Below are positions 50,556 to 59,923 of a DNA stretch of 64,000 nucleotides, piece by piece (the stretch's first letter is position 1; every line of letters starts with the position of its first letter). The notes beneath the pieces were generated by a model. The model saw nothing but the letters and a program-made list of their open reading frames with translations. It did not search any database and was not told the origin of the DNA. A program made the position numbers and the translations under genes. Source of the stretch: Candidatus Algichlamydia australiensis (GTDB taxonomy: Bacteria > Chlamydiota > Chlamydiia > Chlamydiales > JAJFMI01); the NCBI GenBank assembly GCA_033977065.1, contig JAXCHI010000003.1, forward strand, positions 640,001 to 704,000, read 5' to 3'.

Positions 50556-53500
50556 TTAATATAATATATTTTCTATGCAAGATTTGAAGATGAAGTACAA
50601 TACATAATCCCCTACCCACTCTTTAGAGATGGTATTGACTTTCTTAAGGGGAGGGGAGAACTTAATCCCCTCAAGCATGCCAACAGCGTTTAGTATCCAT
50701 AATACACTAGCTGTGGCTTTTAGGGCCGTGACAGTTATGTTTTGCACTTTTTCACTAAGTGTAGAGGCACTGTCGTTTCTCTCGTCAATTTCATCTTTCA
50801 AAGATTCGATCTCTCTAGGAAGAGCAGTATAATCACCGTACTCATAGCTATCAAAGGTTTTATCGAGGTAGCTTGTAAGAGGTGCTTTTTCATTTCGAGC
50901 CTTTTCAAAGACTCTCTTTCTCTCTTCAGGTTTTTTCGAATTTGGGAGATATTTTTTGATCTCCTCACTCTCAGGTAAGTAGCGATCAAGATAGGCTATT
51001 TTTTCAAGGAGGGTCTCTTCGCTAGAATTACCGGCATTCAATAACTCAACAACTTCGGCTTTTATTGTTGTTGGAAGAAGTTTATGAAGAGCTTGTCTTA
51101 GCGCAGTTCGTTTTTTGCTTTTTTGTAATTTTTTCTCCATAAACTTTTCTTGGTCTGCCCAAGTGGAAGAGTTTGGAAAATAGTTTTTAAGCTCTTTGTT
51201 TTCAGGGTAATATTTTTGAAGCTCTGAAAGCTTTACCATTAAATCAAAGCGTTTTTCTTTCTTTTTTTTGTCACACTTGATCTCTTCATATAGTCCAACC
51301 TCTTCATGTAAATTATGCACAAGAGAAAGGGGAAGCTGTGCAATTTTCTTCAATCTCTCTTTTTTAAGTTCATCTGTACTTTTTTCTTTCTTATCAACAT
51401 GCCCACCACCAGCTTTTGAGATCTCATCGGCAAATTTGCTCTTTTCGGTTTCCAACTCCATAAGAAGAATTTCCATCTTTTTGCGGATACCTTTTGGATC
51501 GCTATCGGTTGTATTTTTGCTACAATCAAACGGGAGGGTCTCTTGGAGAGGGTTAAAAGTTTTGATAACGCTTTTTGCACCACTAGCTACTAGATTTTTG
51601 TAGTAGCTTAGGTGGTAAAATTCATCACTCGTTGTTTTAGGAACAAAGGTTTCAGGGAGTATCTTTTTTAAATCTTCCAATATTTTGGTTTTTGCGGATT
51701 GAATTTCCTTAGCGGCTTCGCTACCATCTTTGTTTGTCTCTGTATTTTTGATAAGGTTAAGTAAATCAGATTCTTTGCTGGGGTAAAAAGTAGCGAGTTT
51801 TTTAATATTTTTTAGGACCTCTTCTGCTTCAACTTGAGTTAGTTCTCCACTTAGTAATTTATAAGTTCTTTCCGTAACAGGGGTTTGCAAAAGTATCTTT
51901 CTTAAATCTTCCGATAAATTTCTATCTGTAGATTGAATTGTGCTAGTAGCTTTGCGCACCTCTTTGTCTGTTTTTGCATTTGAGATGAGGCTAAGTAAGT
52001 GGTCTGCTTTATCAGGATAAAAGATGGCAAGTCGCTGAATATTTTTTACCACTTCTTTTGCTTCGGGTTTCTTGGGCGTTCCCTGCAATAAACTATAAGT
52101 CCTTTCAGCGATTGCAATCGGAAGCTCTTTTTTTAGTTTTTCAATATCACTAGCTTTTTGATGAAGGTCTTTTGCCATGACAAGGTTATGCGAAAGTATC
52201 TTTCTTAAATCTTCCCTTGTTGTTTCTGTTGAAGATTGAATTGTCTTAGCAGCTTCGAGCAGCTCTTCACCTGTTTTTGCGTTTGATATGAGGTAAAGTA
52301 AGTGGCCTACTTTACCTGGATAAAAGATGTTAAGTTTCTGAATATTTTTTATGACCTCTTTTGCTTCAGTTTGATTTAGTTCTGCACCTAGTAATTTATA
52401 AGTTCTTTCTATAAAAGGGGGGTGCAAAAGTACCTTTCTTAAAACTTCCCTTGTTGTTTCTGTTGAAGATTGAATTGTCTTAGCAGCTTCGAGCACCTCT
52501 TTGTCTGTTTTTGCGTTTGAGATGAGGTTAAGCAAAGGATGTGCTTTATCTGGATAAAAGATGGCAAGTTTCTGAATATTTTTTACGACCTCTTTTGCTT
52601 CAGCTTGATTTAGTTCTGCACTTAGTAATTTATAAGTTCTTTCTATAAAAGGGGGTTGCAAAAGTATCTTTCTTAGAACTTCCCTTGTTGTTTCTGTTGA
52701 AGATTGAATTGTCTTAGCAGCTTCGAGCACCTCTTTGTCTGTTTTTGCGTTTGAGATGAGGTTAAGCATAAGCAAAGGATGTGCTTTATCCGAATATAAG
52801 GTGGCAAGTTTCTGAATATTTTTTACGACCTCTTCTGCTTTGAGTAGATTGAGCTTTCCCCGCAATAAGCTACAAGTGCTTTCCGCGATTCCAATTGGCG
52901 ATTTTTTCTTTAATTCTTCAACAAGGTTTTTCTCAATATTTTTTCGATTCTGCGCAATTGCGTCTGTTAAGCAGGTCACTTTGCGGTATTTTTCCCACGA
53001 GGAGAATTGTTCGATTTCTGCTTCGGAATAGAAGTCATTCAAATTGACCAACTCGTAATTACTTTTTTGGGGCGGGCGCATGAACGCTGACATAATTTCT
53101 TGAAGCGGATTTTTCGTAAGATTTGAAAGAGATATGTTTGCGAGTGCAGAGAGAGGTGAGGATGAGGAACCCACAGCTTCGTTAAATATATGATTAGAGC
53201 TGATGTATAAAAAAGCACGCGCTAAGTTACCAATATGCGGAAAGGCAGCCTGAAATAAGAGCGCTGATGCAAAAATAGAGATTACGACGAGTGTGATTTT
53301 TACAGCCGTGGCTTTATAAGAAATAAAGTTGTCTTCAAGCTCTTTGGCGGCATTTTTAATTTCCTCTTTGTAATTAACTAAAATCGTGTTTCGTAACTTT
53401 AGCTTTTCTAAAAAGGCTTCTGTTCGTGCTAGATCGTTTTCTCTCTCGTGCGCCTCGACTGTATCTTCAAGAGTATTCAAGAATTTGGGTTGTTGATAGT

Positions 53501-53888
53501 AAGAAAAAAGCGTTTCGCCCATTACAAACGCTGTAATTTTTTCGATAGTTGTGCGGTCTTCTTTTGGCTTTTCAGAAGTTTTTTCCTTTACAAATGCCAA
53601 AGAAGTGTTGCTGTCATTACCTGAAATAGCCGCAATCTTTTTACCGATTCCGAAGTGAGAAATAGTCAGGAAGAAGAGTGCGTTTGCACCTAAGTAGATA
53701 TTGATCCTTCTTAAATCTTTAAAAGGGTAGTAGTCGATCTTTTTAAAGAAAGTTTGATAAGCGAAAAAAGAGAGAGCAGCTAGGGAGGTGCGCCAAAGAG
53801 TATCTCCACTAAAAATTACTTCAGACAAGTGATAGGAGGTTGAGGGGTCTTTTTCGCTAAAAGTAATTCTCAAAATGCTGTTTTCCAT
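50556..53888 (-). CDS. Large membrane protein with five ~78-aa helical repeats, paralog 1 of tandem family
   Basis: HFGIGKKI...TSLAF, LFQAAF, YELVNLNDFY...SWEK; internal repeats. Confidence 0.85.
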   Translation of the reverse strand: MENSILRITFSEKDPSTSYHLSEVIFSGDTLWRTSLAALSFFAYQTFFKKIDYYPFKDLRRINIYLGANALFFLTISHFGIGKKIAAISGNDSNTSLAFVKEKTSEKPKEDRTTIEKITAFVMGETLFSYYQQPKFLNTLEDTVEAHERENDLARTEAFLEKLKLRNTILVNYKEEIKNAAKELEDNFISYKATAVKITLVVISIFASALLFQAAFPHIGNLARAFLYISSNHIFNEAVGSSSSPLSALANISLSNLTKNPLQEIMSAFMRPPQKSNYELVNLNDFYSEAEIEQFSSWEKYRKVTCLTDAIAQNRKNIEKNLVEELKKKSPIGIAESTCSLLRGKLNLLKAEEVVKNIQKLATLYSDKAHPLLMLNLISNAKTDKEVLEAAKTIQSSTETTREVLRKILLQPPFIERTYKLLSAELNQAEAKEVVKNIQKLAIFYPDKAHPLLNLISNAKTDKEVLEAAKTIQSSTETTREVLRKVLLHPPFIERTYKLLGAELNQTEAKEVIKNIQKLNIFYPGKVGHLLYLISNAKTGEELLEAAKTIQSSTETTREDLRKILSHNLVMAKDLHQKASDIEKLKKELPIAIAERTYSLLQGTPKKPEAKEVVKNIQRLAIFYPDKADHLLSLISNAKTDKEVRKATSTIQSTDRNLSEDLRKILLQTPVTERTYKLLSGELTQVEAEEVLKNIKKLATFYPSKESDLLNLIKNTETNKDGSEAAKEIQSAKTKILEDLKKILPETFVPKTTSDEFYHLSYYKNLVASGAKSVIKTFNPLQETLPFDCSKNTTDSDPKGIRKKMEILLMELETEKSKFADEISKAGGGHVDKKEKSTDELKKERLKKIAQLPLSLVHNLHEEVGLYEEIKCDKKKKEKRFDLMVKLSELQKYYPENKELKNYFPNSSTWADQEKFMEKKLQKSKKRTALRQALHKLLPTTIKAEVVELLNAGNSSEETLLEKIAYLDRYLPESEEIKKYLPNSKKPEERKRVFEKARNEKAPLTSYLDKTFDSYEYGDYTALPREIESLKDEIDERNDSASTLSEKVQNITVTALKATASVLWILNAVGMLEGIKFSPPLKKVNTISKEWVGDYVLYFIFKSCIENILY
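51655..52890 (-). repeat. Intragenic tandem repeat, five units of about 234 bp
   Basis: AGTTTCTGAATATTTTTT recurs at 52333, 52567, 52807 (periods 234, 240); unit ERTYKLL...EVVKNIQKL...LISNAKT...TIQS...LRKIL. Confidence 0.92.
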
Positions 53889-53924
53889 TGCTTCCTCTAT
53901 CAGTGAGCAAGCAATTATCGCATT

Positions 53925-56309
53925 TTATGAAGGAAAGGTCAAGGCAGTCTTCTCTACAATCTTACTGTGAATTTTTTCAACTGAGGAGGTTTCAAGAGTC
54001 TTCTTTTCGTGACGGTAGGTAAAGCGTAAAGTAATGCTTTTAAATTCACCTAGATCTTCACTCTCATAAACATCACGAAGTTCGATGTTTTTTAATAGAG
54101 GCGGGGCGGCGGATTTAACGACTGAGAGGATCTCCTTGAGCGTGACCTGCTTTTTTACCTTAAGGGTCAAATCACGAGTCACTCCTGGATAGAGTGGCAA
54201 TGGTTCCATTTTCACGTCCTCACCAAGGAGAGTAAGAATCATCTCTAGGTCAATTTCTGCAAAGAAAATGGGAGCTAAAAGGCCCATTTCTGCCGCAATA
54301 TTGGGGTGAACTTGTCCGATGGAGCCAATTTGTGCCTTACCATGCATGATGGCGGCTTGGATGTGGGGATGAAGGGAGCTTAGGGTTGATTGCTCCCAAG
54401 AGATTTTTTTTAGATTGAGGCTTGCGAAGAGCTCTTCTAAAATCCCCTTGGCGGTAAAAAAATCAGTTGCAGCTGGCTTGGGGTTGTAGTGGTAGGGACG
54501 CTCTTTTCCTGTCAGTGTGATTCCGACTACTCGCTTTTCAAGGTATTGATCAGCTTCTTTAAAGTGGATTTTGCCGATCTCAAATGCCTGGATATCGCTC
54601 CATTTGTGGTTCTGATTGAGTTTGAGAGCTTGTAGATGTCCAGGAAGAAGAGAGGTACGCAGGATAGATTGATCGACTGATGCGGGCTTTAAAACAGAGA
54701 TGAGCTTCTCCTCATGCATTTCATCTTCTAGGCAGAGCTTTGAAAGTTTAGGACTTAGTAGGTCGCAGGTAATGAATTCTTGCAGACCACTATTGATGAG
54801 TCTTGTGCGAAACTTTTTCTCAAGGAGGTAGAGCGGGGAGTGGGGGATTGTTGAGATGGTGACAAGAGGTTTAGAAGGGGTGATTGTGTTGTAACCGTAG
54901 AGACGCGCGATCTCTTCAATGAGATCGATCTCTTCTTTGATATCGTGTCGGTAAGCGGGCACGTCAACTTCAATTTTCTCTTTGCCGTCTGAGTTTACTT
55001 GCAGGTCGAGACGGCTAAGTAGGTTCTCGGCTTCGTTTAAAGAGAGTTTTGTGCCTAGGAGTTTATTAGTACGGGAGAGGCGCACGGAGAGTCTTCGAGG
55101 GGAGAACTCTTCTCTCTTGCAATCGATTTTTTCTTCTGCAATGCTGCCGCCGCAAATCTCTTTTAGAAGCATTGCTGCGCGATCGATCGCCGTGAGCGTC
55201 ATTTCTGGGTCTGTTCCCTTCTCGAAGCGGGCAGAAGAGTCGGTACGCAAGGAGAGGTTTTTGCTTCCGCTTCTCACAGTTGAAGGAGCAAAAAAGGCGG
55301 CTTCAAGTAAAACGTTTGTTGTTGTCTCAGTAACAGCTGAATCTGCACCTCCCATTACGCCTGCAACAGCAAGAGGTTTTTGGGCATCGCAGATCAGAAG
55401 GGTTTGCTCTGGAATTGTGCGCTCTACATCGTCTAGAGTTTTGAGTTGGCACTCTTTATTCGCCCTCTTCACGACAATCTTGTTTTCAGCAATCTTGTCT
55501 GCATCAAAAGCGTGCATCGGTTGGCCAAGCTCAAACATGATGTAGTTTGTGATATCGACAATCGCATTTTTTGGCTTGACGCCTACGCTCTCTAGTTTTT
55601 CTACGAGCCACTCTGGCGAATCACATACCTGAACATTTTCAACAAGGCGAGCTACGTAGCGCGGACACGCCTCTTGATCTTTTACATCTACAGAGATTTT
55701 TCGGGTAGAAGAGGAGGTCTCGATGGAAAAAGAGGGGGGAGTAAGTGGGATTTGGGTTAGAGCGGAGAGTTCACGCGCAATGCCGAAGAGGCTCATGCAG
55801 TGGCCGAGGTTTGGGGTGAGAGAGACTTCAAAAAATGTATCTCCAAAAACCTCTTCCAGAGGCTTACCGAGGTCGCCTTCATTTTCATATTCGGCAATGC
55901 CCGACTCTCTTTCAAGTGAGAATCCTAGCTCATCATTGCTGCAAAGCATTCCAAATGATTCTGCTCCACGCAGCTTGCCTTTTTTGATTGTGAATTCTTT
56001 GCCTTTGCTATCTGTGAGCTTGGCATCCACTTTGGCAAAAGCGGTAATCAGGCCCTCGCGGCAATTAGGTGCGCCGCAGACGACTTGGAAATTTTCTTTG
56101 CCATCTGTGACTGTTGCGATCCGAAGTTTATCAGCATCCGGATGTTGTTTGGCTTCAAGGACCTTTCCGAAGACTACGCCTGTAAAGGGAAATTTTTTCT
56201 TTTCAATGCCTTCGACTTCAAGGCCGGCTAGGGTCAGCAGGTCTGCGATTTCTTCAGGTGAGTGGTTGAGGTTTATCCACTCATTTAACCATTTTAAAGA
56301 GACTCTCAT
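53925..56309 (-). CDS. pheT: Phenylalanine--tRNA ligase beta subunit
   Basis: MRVSLKWL, HPDADKL, VVCGAPN, DLIEEIARLYGY. Confidence 0.98.
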   Translation of the reverse strand: MRVSLKWLNEWINLNHSPEEIADLLTLAGLEVEGIEKKKFPFTGVVFGKVLEAKQHPDADKLRIATVTDGKENFQVVCGAPNCREGLITAFAKVDAKLTDSKGKEFTIKKGKLRGAESFGMLCSNDELGFSLERESGIAEYENEGDLGKPLEEVFGDTFFEVSLTPNLGHCMSLFGIARELSALTQIPLTPPSFSIETSSSTRKISVDVKDQEACPRYVARLVENVQVCDSPEWLVEKLESVGVKPKNAIVDITNYIMFELGQPMHAFDADKIAENKIVVKRANKECQLKTLDDVERTIPEQTLLICDAQKPLAVAGVMGGADSAVTETTTNVLLEAAFFAPSTVRSGSKNLSLRTDSSARFEKGTDPEMTLTAIDRAAMLLKEICGGSIAEEKIDCKREEFSPRRLSVRLSRTNKLLGTKLSLNEAENLLSRLDLQVNSDGKEKIEVDVPAYRHDIKEEIDLIEEIARLYGYNTITPSKPLVTISTIPHSPLYLLEKKFRTRLINSGLQEFITCDLLSPKLSKLCLEDEMHEEKLISVLKPASVDQSILRTSLLPGHLQALKLNQNHKWSDIQAFEIGKIHFKEADQYLEKRVVGITLTGKERPYHYNPKPAATDFFTAKGILEELFASLNLKKISWEQSTLSSLHPHIQAAIMHGKAQIGSIGQVHPNIAAEMGLLAPIFFAEIDLEMILTLLGEDVKMEPLPLYPGVTRDLTLKVKKQVTLKEILSVVKSAAPPLLKNIELRDVYESEDLGEFKSITLRFTYRHEKKTLETSSVEKIHSKIVEKTALTFPS

Positions 56310-56478
56310 GAGGTATAATGATACTTTGTTTTGATTTTAGGTTGCAAGTAAGAGTTATAGGAGAAATTATTTGGCTCCATCTCGCTGTGCCAAATCGAAA
56401 ATCAGCCGCCACGCCGCTTCGCGTACTAAAAGTTTATATTTGAACCCGTTGCGCCGCTTTGCGCATCAACTAAAGTTT

Positions 56479-57207
56479 TTAGAGGGTCTCGAAGGGTTTT
56501 AGGTATTTTTCGTATAACCGAGGATAGGTCTTTTCTACTTTCTCGTCGTAGGCAATGAGGCGGTCTCGCGGTACTTGGTTTGAAAAATGTATGAATTTTC
56601 CACCTGTTCGTCCTCCTCTTTTATTGTGGCAATAGGCGCGGTGCTCTTCAAAGTTTTCTATAAAGTTGTCCCAGCGACTAAAGTCTTCTCCCAAAAAGTG
56701 AAGGGCTCTTTCAAATACTTCTTCAGGATTTTGAATGAGATCTTTGTAGTAGATAAGAAGGCGATTTTTAGGGTTCCATAGATCAAAGGCTGCGATGTTT
56801 CTGTAGTAGGTTGTGGCTTCGGGAAGGCCGTTGTTTTTTACAAGGCTATGAAAAAGATTTTCAAATTTTTCAGGTCCAAAACGGCCTATAAGATTTTCTT
56901 TATTATTCCGAAGAAGAAAGATGAGTTTATCTCTTTGAGGATTGAGTTTTTTTAAATTAATGCAGTGGTGTTGGTGGAAGAAAGGAGGTTTTTCTGAAGC
57001 GGCATTTTCAGGATCTTTTAATTGTGTCACCCATTTGGGTAGGACATTTTTCTCCCATGTGCGTCCTGTAAGCTGGGTAAGGCTGTAGACAAAGAAGCAG
57101 GTTCCCGAGCGAAAGTAGCTCAAGACTGCAACTCGTGGCTCGTCTTTTTCTGTGGCAAAGCCGAGATTTGTTAATGCAAAGGCAAGAAAAAAAATTCGAA
57201 TGAACAT
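56479..57207 (-). CDS. Sulfotransferase-fold protein with signal peptide
   Basis: SYFRSGT (5'-PSB-like), IFLLRN, YKDLIQNPEEVFERALHFLG. Confidence 0.7.
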   Translation of the reverse strand: MFIRIFFLAFALTNLGFATEKDEPRVAVLSYFRSGTCFFVYSLTQLTGRTWEKNVLPKWVTQLKDPENAASEKPPFFHQHHCINLKKLNPQRDKLIFLLRNNKENLIGRFGPEKFENLFHSLVKNNGLPEATTYYRNIAAFDLWNPKNRLLIYYKDLIQNPEEVFERALHFLGEDFSRWDNFIENFEEHRAYCHNKRGGRTGGKFIHFSNQVPRDRLIAYDEKVEKTYPRLYEKYLKPFETL

Positions 57208-57320
57208 CTTACGTTCTAGGATACTTGGGGCACGTTTTATCTCAAGTAAAATCTTTTTTCTTTTCCTTAAATTTTAAATTTGGCATGCTCCAGTCTTGAT
57301 GATTTTTTAATGGAGACCAT

Positions 57321-58046
57321 ATGAAGTCTTTTTTAGCATTAGTATTGGCAATGCCTCTTCTTTTTTGCTCTCAGAAAGGGGTTGAGCTGAAGTTTCACGA
57401 GGGCGGGAATCATAAGTATCAATTTTCTGGTTACATTCCTGCGACAACCTTTTCTAGCGAGCCAGGTAAAAGAGTGAAGGTTGAGGGAAAGATAGATCTT
57501 CAGATTGATGAGGTCTTAGATGATGGTAGCGCGAATCTTACAGCTACTCTTTCTAATTTTAAAGTTGATACCGAGACAGAGTTAGGCGATCAGCTTGTCA
57601 ATACCGTGCTTGAATCGATGGTAACTGGGGGGTCAGCCCTCTGGACTTTATCGCCCAAAGGAGAGCTGCTTGAGTTTACTTCAGACTCTTTCTTTTTCTC
57701 TGAATATGCGAACCAAATTATAGCTCTCGGGCTCTTCTCTCCGATGTTGCGCGGTGCTGTTGAACAAGGGCACTCTTCCCTAGCACATAATAAAAGTTTG
57801 AGTCAGTTTGAAATTGAATATGCGGCAGAAGAGGTCTCGGATAACGGAATGCTCATCTCTTTTCATATCAACTCTTCGCGGATTATTGAGGGAAAAGCGT
57901 CTGAGGTAGCAGCATTTCTGCGTGCGAACTTCGATCTTTCAAATGGGTGGGCCCGCGAAACTTATTTTGATATCCACTGCGAGCAGATGGGTAAGAAAAA
58001 TTGGGAGAGAAACCACTATACATTCATAATTAACAAGTGCGATTGA
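57321..58046 (+). CDS. Exported hypothetical protein
   Basis: GGAG RBS, signal peptide, beta-rich. Confidence 0.75.
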   Translation: MKSFLALVLAMPLLFCSQKGVELKFHEGGNHKYQFSGYIPATTFSSEPGKRVKVEGKIDLQIDEVLDDGSANLTATLSNFKVDTETELGDQLVNTVLESMVTGGSALWTLSPKGELLEFTSDSFFFSEYANQIIALGLFSPMLRGAVEQGHSSLAHNKSLSQFEIEYAAEEVSDNGMLISFHINSSRIIEGKASEVAAFLRANFDLSNGWARETYFDIHCEQMGKKNWERNHYTFIINKCD

Positions 58047-58072
58047 CATTTCCTGCATCTATAGAGTATAGT
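58043..58072 (+). promoter_or_regulatory. Sigma66-type promoter for tRNA-Leu
   Basis: TTGACA-N18-TATAGT. Confidence 0.65.
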
Positions 58073-58074
58073 GG

Positions 58075-58180
58075 CACAAGTTACTACTCTCTTCATAAGA
58101 GAAATTGGGCAGCAACTTGAGTTCTAGTACTCAGAAAGTGTAGGTGAGTTTTTGGATTATATTTTAATTTGAAGACTCTC
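58075..58180. repeat. Relics of palindromic families C and E (and an A-like end)
   Basis: 58075-58121 CAAGTTACTA...GAGAAATTGGGCAGCAACTTGAG = C ends; TAGTACTC; GAGTTTTTGGATTAT and ATTTTAATTTGAAGACTCTC = E pieces. Confidence 0.6.
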
Positions 58181-58190
58181 TTTTATTCTT

Positions 58191-58276
58191 GCGGAAGTGG
58201 CGGAATTGGCAGACGCGCTACCTTGAGGTGGTAGTGGGAATAACTTCCCTTGGGGGTTCAAGTCCCCCCTTTCGCA
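58191..58276 (+). tRNA. tRNA-Leu(GAG)
   Basis: GCGGAAGTGGCGGAATTGGCAGACGCGCTACCTTGAGGTGGTAG...GGTTCAAGTCCCCCCTTTCGCA, long variable arm. Confidence 0.96.
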
Positions 58277-58490
58277 ATTTTTTTGGGACGGGGTCGGCTC
58301 CCCCTTTATTCCAAGGGCCGCATTTCAAAACTCTTTTAGCTGTAAGCCAGCTTCCTTTCCAAAATCCCCACTCGCGGTAGGCGGCAATGCTGTAGGCCGA
58401 GCAAGAAGGGGTAAAGCGGCAACAGCTTCCCATCAAGGGGCTAATGAAGAGCTGATAGCCGCGAATGAAAAAAATCATGACCCATTTCAT
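58218..58490 (-). CDS. yidD: Membrane protein insertion efficiency factor
   Basis: [32 protein letters not shown]. Confidence 0.93.
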   Translation of the reverse strand: MKWVMIFFIRGYQLFISPLMGSCCRFTPSCSAYSIAAYREWGFWKGSWLTAKRVLKCGPWNKGGADPVPKKLRKGGLEPPREVIPTTTSR

Positions 58491-59056
58491 TCGTGAGAGA
58501 TCGCCCCCCAGAAGCGCGTTTCAATTTCTTTTTCCATGTCGTGCGTTATCACTATCTCATCAAGCTCTAAGAATTTTCGCACATCTGCCAATTTTTGCGC
58601 CTCAGTAAAAAATCTGCTTGGCATGTAGAGACCTTCATGTTTTAAAACTTTTAGTAAAAAGCTCATTTTTATTTGAGAGACTTCAGAGGTTGTTTTGAGC
58701 TCTTCTAGATAACAAATCAATAGTTGATAGAGAAGGGGAGAGGGTTTGCTGGGAAGTTGGGAACGCAGGAGGGTCTTGAGCCAGTATCCGGCACAGTTGA
58801 GCTTATCATAGTTGCTGCGTATTTCTGTGTAGAGATCAAGTGGGGTTACATCTTTAAGTGTATAGAGTTCGGAGGTTTTTCGCGTAAGTAGAAAGTTGCA
58901 GCGGCAAAGGGCAGAGAGGTAGCCACGTTTTTTTAATGAGATGTAACTGCTTGTGGAAAGCAGACCGCCCTCTTTGGAAAAAAGAGTAAGAATATTTTTA
59001 CGCTCGCCATAGGCGGTGGTGCGTAAAACGATTGCTTCTGTCGAGAGCTCTTCCAT
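58487..59056 (-). CDS. recO: DNA repair protein RecO (short)
   Basis: [12 protein letters not shown]...[10 protein letters not shown]. Confidence 0.85.
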   Translation of the reverse strand: MEELSTEAIVLRTTAYGERKNILTLFSKEGGLLSTSSYISLKKRGYLSALCRCNFLLTRKTSELYTLKDVTPLDLYTEIRSNYDKLNCAGYWLKTLLRSQLPSKPSPLLYQLLICYLEELKTTSEVSQIKMSFLLKVLKHEGLYMPSRFFTEAQKLADVRKFLELDEIVITHDMEKEIETRFWGAISHE

Positions 59057-59090
59057 TGATACTTAAGAAACTGTATACTTAATGATCTAC

Positions 59091-59189
59091 AGGAACCACT
59101 GAACAAGTGCTCTTTTTGAAAAGGACTTAAAAATTTAGGCCAACTTTTTTTAAGCCCTTTCAGAAATCGTGACTTATTCAGTGTTTCCT
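59091..59189. repeat. Palindromic element family D, internally deleted copy in tRNA-Arg leader
   Basis: AGGAACCACTGAACAAGT...ACTTATTCAGTGTTTCCT; both arms align to 27366-27527. Confidence 0.8.
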
Positions 59190-59192
59190 AAT

Positions 59193-59266
59193 GCACCGAT
59201 AGCTCAATTGGATAGAGTACCTGGCTTCGGACCAGGTGGTTAGAGGTTCGAGTCCTCTTCGGTGCG
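59193..59266 (+). tRNA. tRNA-Arg(TCG)
   Basis: GCACCGATAGCTCAATTGGATAGAGTACCTGGCTTCGGACCAGGTGGTTAGAGGTTCGAGTCCTCTTCGGTGCG. Confidence 0.96.
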
Positions 59267-59293
59267 TTTATTTTTTAAGTATGAGGTTGTCCT

Positions 59294-59923
59294 ATGTCAG
59301 AAGTCAATATTGGAGATGAGAAATATCGTCTTTCTATTTTTGGTCATCAAATTGAAGTTACAGAGCCAATTCGCGATTACATCAAGAAAAAGCTGTATCA
59401 TATTGAACATTTTACCGATCAAATTATCGATGTGGTTGTGCGCTTAGAGGTGCAAAAACTTGATCACCGCGCTGAGATTGTAATGAAATTCTCTCATTTC
59501 AAAGTTGTCGTGCATGCTACAACTACTGATCTCTATGCGACACTGGATAAGACTTTTGAAAGGCTCCAACATAAGCTGCGCCGTTGGAAGAGCAAGATGC
59601 AAGAGCATCACGCGCGCAAGCCTGTGATCAATCATATTCCTGTTGAAGTACTAGAGCAGCAAGAGCTTGATGAGATTAATGATCAAATTGAGGAAGAGAA
59701 TCTCAAGCAGATGGAAGAGATTATGCATATGCCAAGAGTAGGCAAGCAGAAAAGTATTCCTCTTAAAACTTTAAATATGAATGAAGCGATTATGAAGATG
59801 GAACTCTCTCGTGATCACTTTATGGTCTACCGCTGTGAAGAGAGCAAGCAGCTGCGCGTGATTTATCGTCGTCGCGATGGTAGCTACGGCATTATTTCTG
59901 CGGAGGAGCGCGCTGTTTCCTGA
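59294..59923 (+). CDS. hpf: Ribosome hibernation promoting factor (long HPF/RaiA)
   Basis: IEVTEPIRDYI, DLYATLD, EAIMKMEL, VIYRRRDGSYGII. Confidence 0.92.
   Translation: MSEVNIGDEKYRLSIFGHQIEVTEPIRDYIKKKLYHIEHFTDQIIDVVVRLEVQKLDHRAEIVMKFSHFKVVVHATTTDLYATLDKTFERLQHKLRRWKSKMQEHHARKPVINHIPVEVLEQQELDEINDQIEEENLKQMEEIMHMPRVGKQKSIPLKTLNMNEAIMKMELSRDHFMVYRCEESKQLRVIYRRRDGSYGIISAEERAVS

Noticed and set aside
58189..58380. 63-aa ORF
   Set aside because: It is the tRNA-Leu sequence plus the antisense of yidD.
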